Assembly (NCBI GenBank): GCA_964486475.1 | Contig: CAZALZ010000013.1 | Location: forward strand, 1 to 29,596 | Source of the DNA: an uncultured Gammaproteobacteria bacterium | GTDB taxonomy: Bacteria; Patescibacteriota; Patescibacteriia; Patescibacteriales; WJLG01 | DNA length: 29,596 bases | Direction: 5' to 3' | Shown here: piece by piece, positions 28,651 through 29,596 of the stretch | Numbering within the stretch: position 1 is the first letter of the stretch | Layout of the letters: each line of letters begins with the position of its first letter | Position numbers and translations under genes: made by a program | The notes under the pieces: generated by a model | Told to the model about the DNA's origin: nothing | What the model saw: the letters and a program-made list of their open reading frames with translations, nothing else | Databases searched by the model: none

Positions 28651-29596
28651 CTACATTTCTTCAACCACTTCAATCCCCAACAACCCTAATCCATTTTTTA
28701 TAGTTTCTGAAACAGAATTAAGCAGGGTCAGGCGGGCATTTTTGGTTTCTTCGTCAGCTTGCAAAACCGGAACGGCGTGGTAGTAATCGTTTAACATCTG
28801 TGCCAACTCGTAAATATATTTAGCGATTTCTGATGGGTCGTAATTCTTGCCGGCGGTTTCTATAATTTCTGGATATAAAGCAAGTTTTTTAATTAATTCT
28901 ATTTCTTTATTGTTGTTCAGTTTTTCTGCAAAGTTTAACACATCCCGCCTCGGAGTACAGAACCACCCCTCTCGAGAGGGGAATTCTTTATGAAAAATTG
29001 ATTGTATTCTGGCGTAGGCGTATTGGATGTAGGTAGAGGTGAAACCTTCCAGAGCGAGCGCTTTTTCAATATCAAAAGTGATAATGCTTTTAGCGCCGAC
29101 TTTAAGCATTTCGAATTTCATCGCGCCAACGGCGATTTTTTTGGAATTTTCCAGGATTTTTTCTTCGCTCCAATCTTCATGGCGTTTTTTTGTTTCCGCA
29201 ACGCATTTAGACAGAATATCTTGTTTTAATTCTTTGTAAGTGATGACATTGCCGGTGCGGGAGGACATCATACCGGTTGGAAGTTTAACAAAATCGTAGC
29301 CGAGGTGGACAAAATTTTCTTTGAAGCCGGAGAGTTCAAGAATTTTGAACAGTTGTTTGAAATAAAATTCTTGGCGGATATCAACAATAACAATGGAAGT
29401 ATCAGGGGAAAACCGGCGGTGTTTTTCTTTCGCCAAAGCTAAGTCGGCGACAGCATAAGCGGCGGTGCCGTTAGAGCGCGCAACAACCAAGACGTCCAAG
29501 CCGTATTCTTTTAAGTCGGCGATGATAGCGCCTTCGCTTTTTTTCAGAATGCCTTTTTCCAAAAGGGCCGCTGTGTCTATAACAGAGCCTTTTTCA
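28651..29596 (-). CDS. argS: arginine--tRNA ligase, C-terminal about 315 codons (5' end off window)
   Basis: The frame stays open to the window edge (the track start at 29562 is an internal TTG). MSSRTGNV (KMSKS-equivalent region), YIQYAYARIQSI, C-terminal DALR anticodon-binding domain ending ...GIEVVEEM. Confidence 0.9.
   Translation of the reverse strand, partial: EKGSVIDTAALLEKGILKKSEGAIIADLKEYGLDVLVVARSNGTAAYAVADLALAKEKHRRFSPDTSIVIVDIRQEFYFKQLFKILELSGFKENFVHLGYDFVKLPTGMMSSRTGNVITYKELKQDILSKCVAETKKRHEDWSEEKILENSKKIAVGAMKFEMLKVGAKSIITFDIEKALALEGFTSTYIQYAYARIQSIFHKEFPSREGWFCTPRRDVLNFAEKLNNNKEIELIKKLALYPEIIETAGKNYDPSEIAKYIYELAQMLNDYYHAVPVLQADEETKNARLTLLNSVSETIKNGLGLLGIEVVEEM
28941..28985 (+). 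repeat. palindromic repeat element copy C, inside argS (antisense to the gene)
   Basis: CATCCCGCCTCGGAGTACAGAACCA-CCCCTCT-cg-AGAGGGGAATT. It encodes EFPSREGWFCTPRRD in ArgRS on the minus strand. Confidence 0.65.

Noticed and set aside
1-29596. CRISPR arrays, cas genes, transposases, integrases, prophage genes, rRNA
   Set aside because: The window has no regularly spaced direct repeats and no ORF with recognisable motifs of these classes. The only repeats are the hairpin and palindrome families reported above.

Overview
The window reads as a compact, low-GC chromosome segment of a reduced-genome bacterium. Gene content and the shortened proteins suggest Patescibacteria/CPR, but that is inference only. 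Standard genetic code; ORFs are intact. Most of it is housekeeping: lgt (partial), alaS, a SIS-type PGI/PMI, tRNA-Glu(UUC), tsaD, ppsA, tRNA-Leu(UAG), tyrS, gpmI, a GT2 glycosyltransferase, glyQS and argS (partial). There is a heat-shock locus, hrcA-grpE-hsp20-dnaK, then four unrelated genes, then dnaJ. Accessory content: a RelE/ParE-type toxin-antitoxin pair, an orphan T4SS-pilin-like gene, a bicistronic SPFH/band-7 plus unknown membrane-protein operon, a membrane-anchored coiled-coil protein, and several orphan hypotheticals. I saw no CRISPR array, cas gene, transposase, integrase or rRNA. The most unusual signals are non-coding. (1) Four copies of an imperfect hairpin built from tandem heptads (TAGTATG-like x3-4, then the complement CATACTA x3-4). 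Each ends 4-14 nt from a start codon: hsp20, dnaK, dnaJ and ppsA. (2) A small palindromic repeat with core CCYCTC-N2-4-AGAGGGGAATT, present three times. One copy is intergenic and two lie in frame inside essential genes (tsaD, argS), as with Rickettsia palindromic elements. (3) A 140-bp MITE-like element after tsaD. (4) A perfect CIRCE found only at hrcA, which encodes an unusually short HrcA. (5) A G9 homopolymer at the domain junction of the SPFH-partner gene. All functional readings are hypotheses; no database search was possible.
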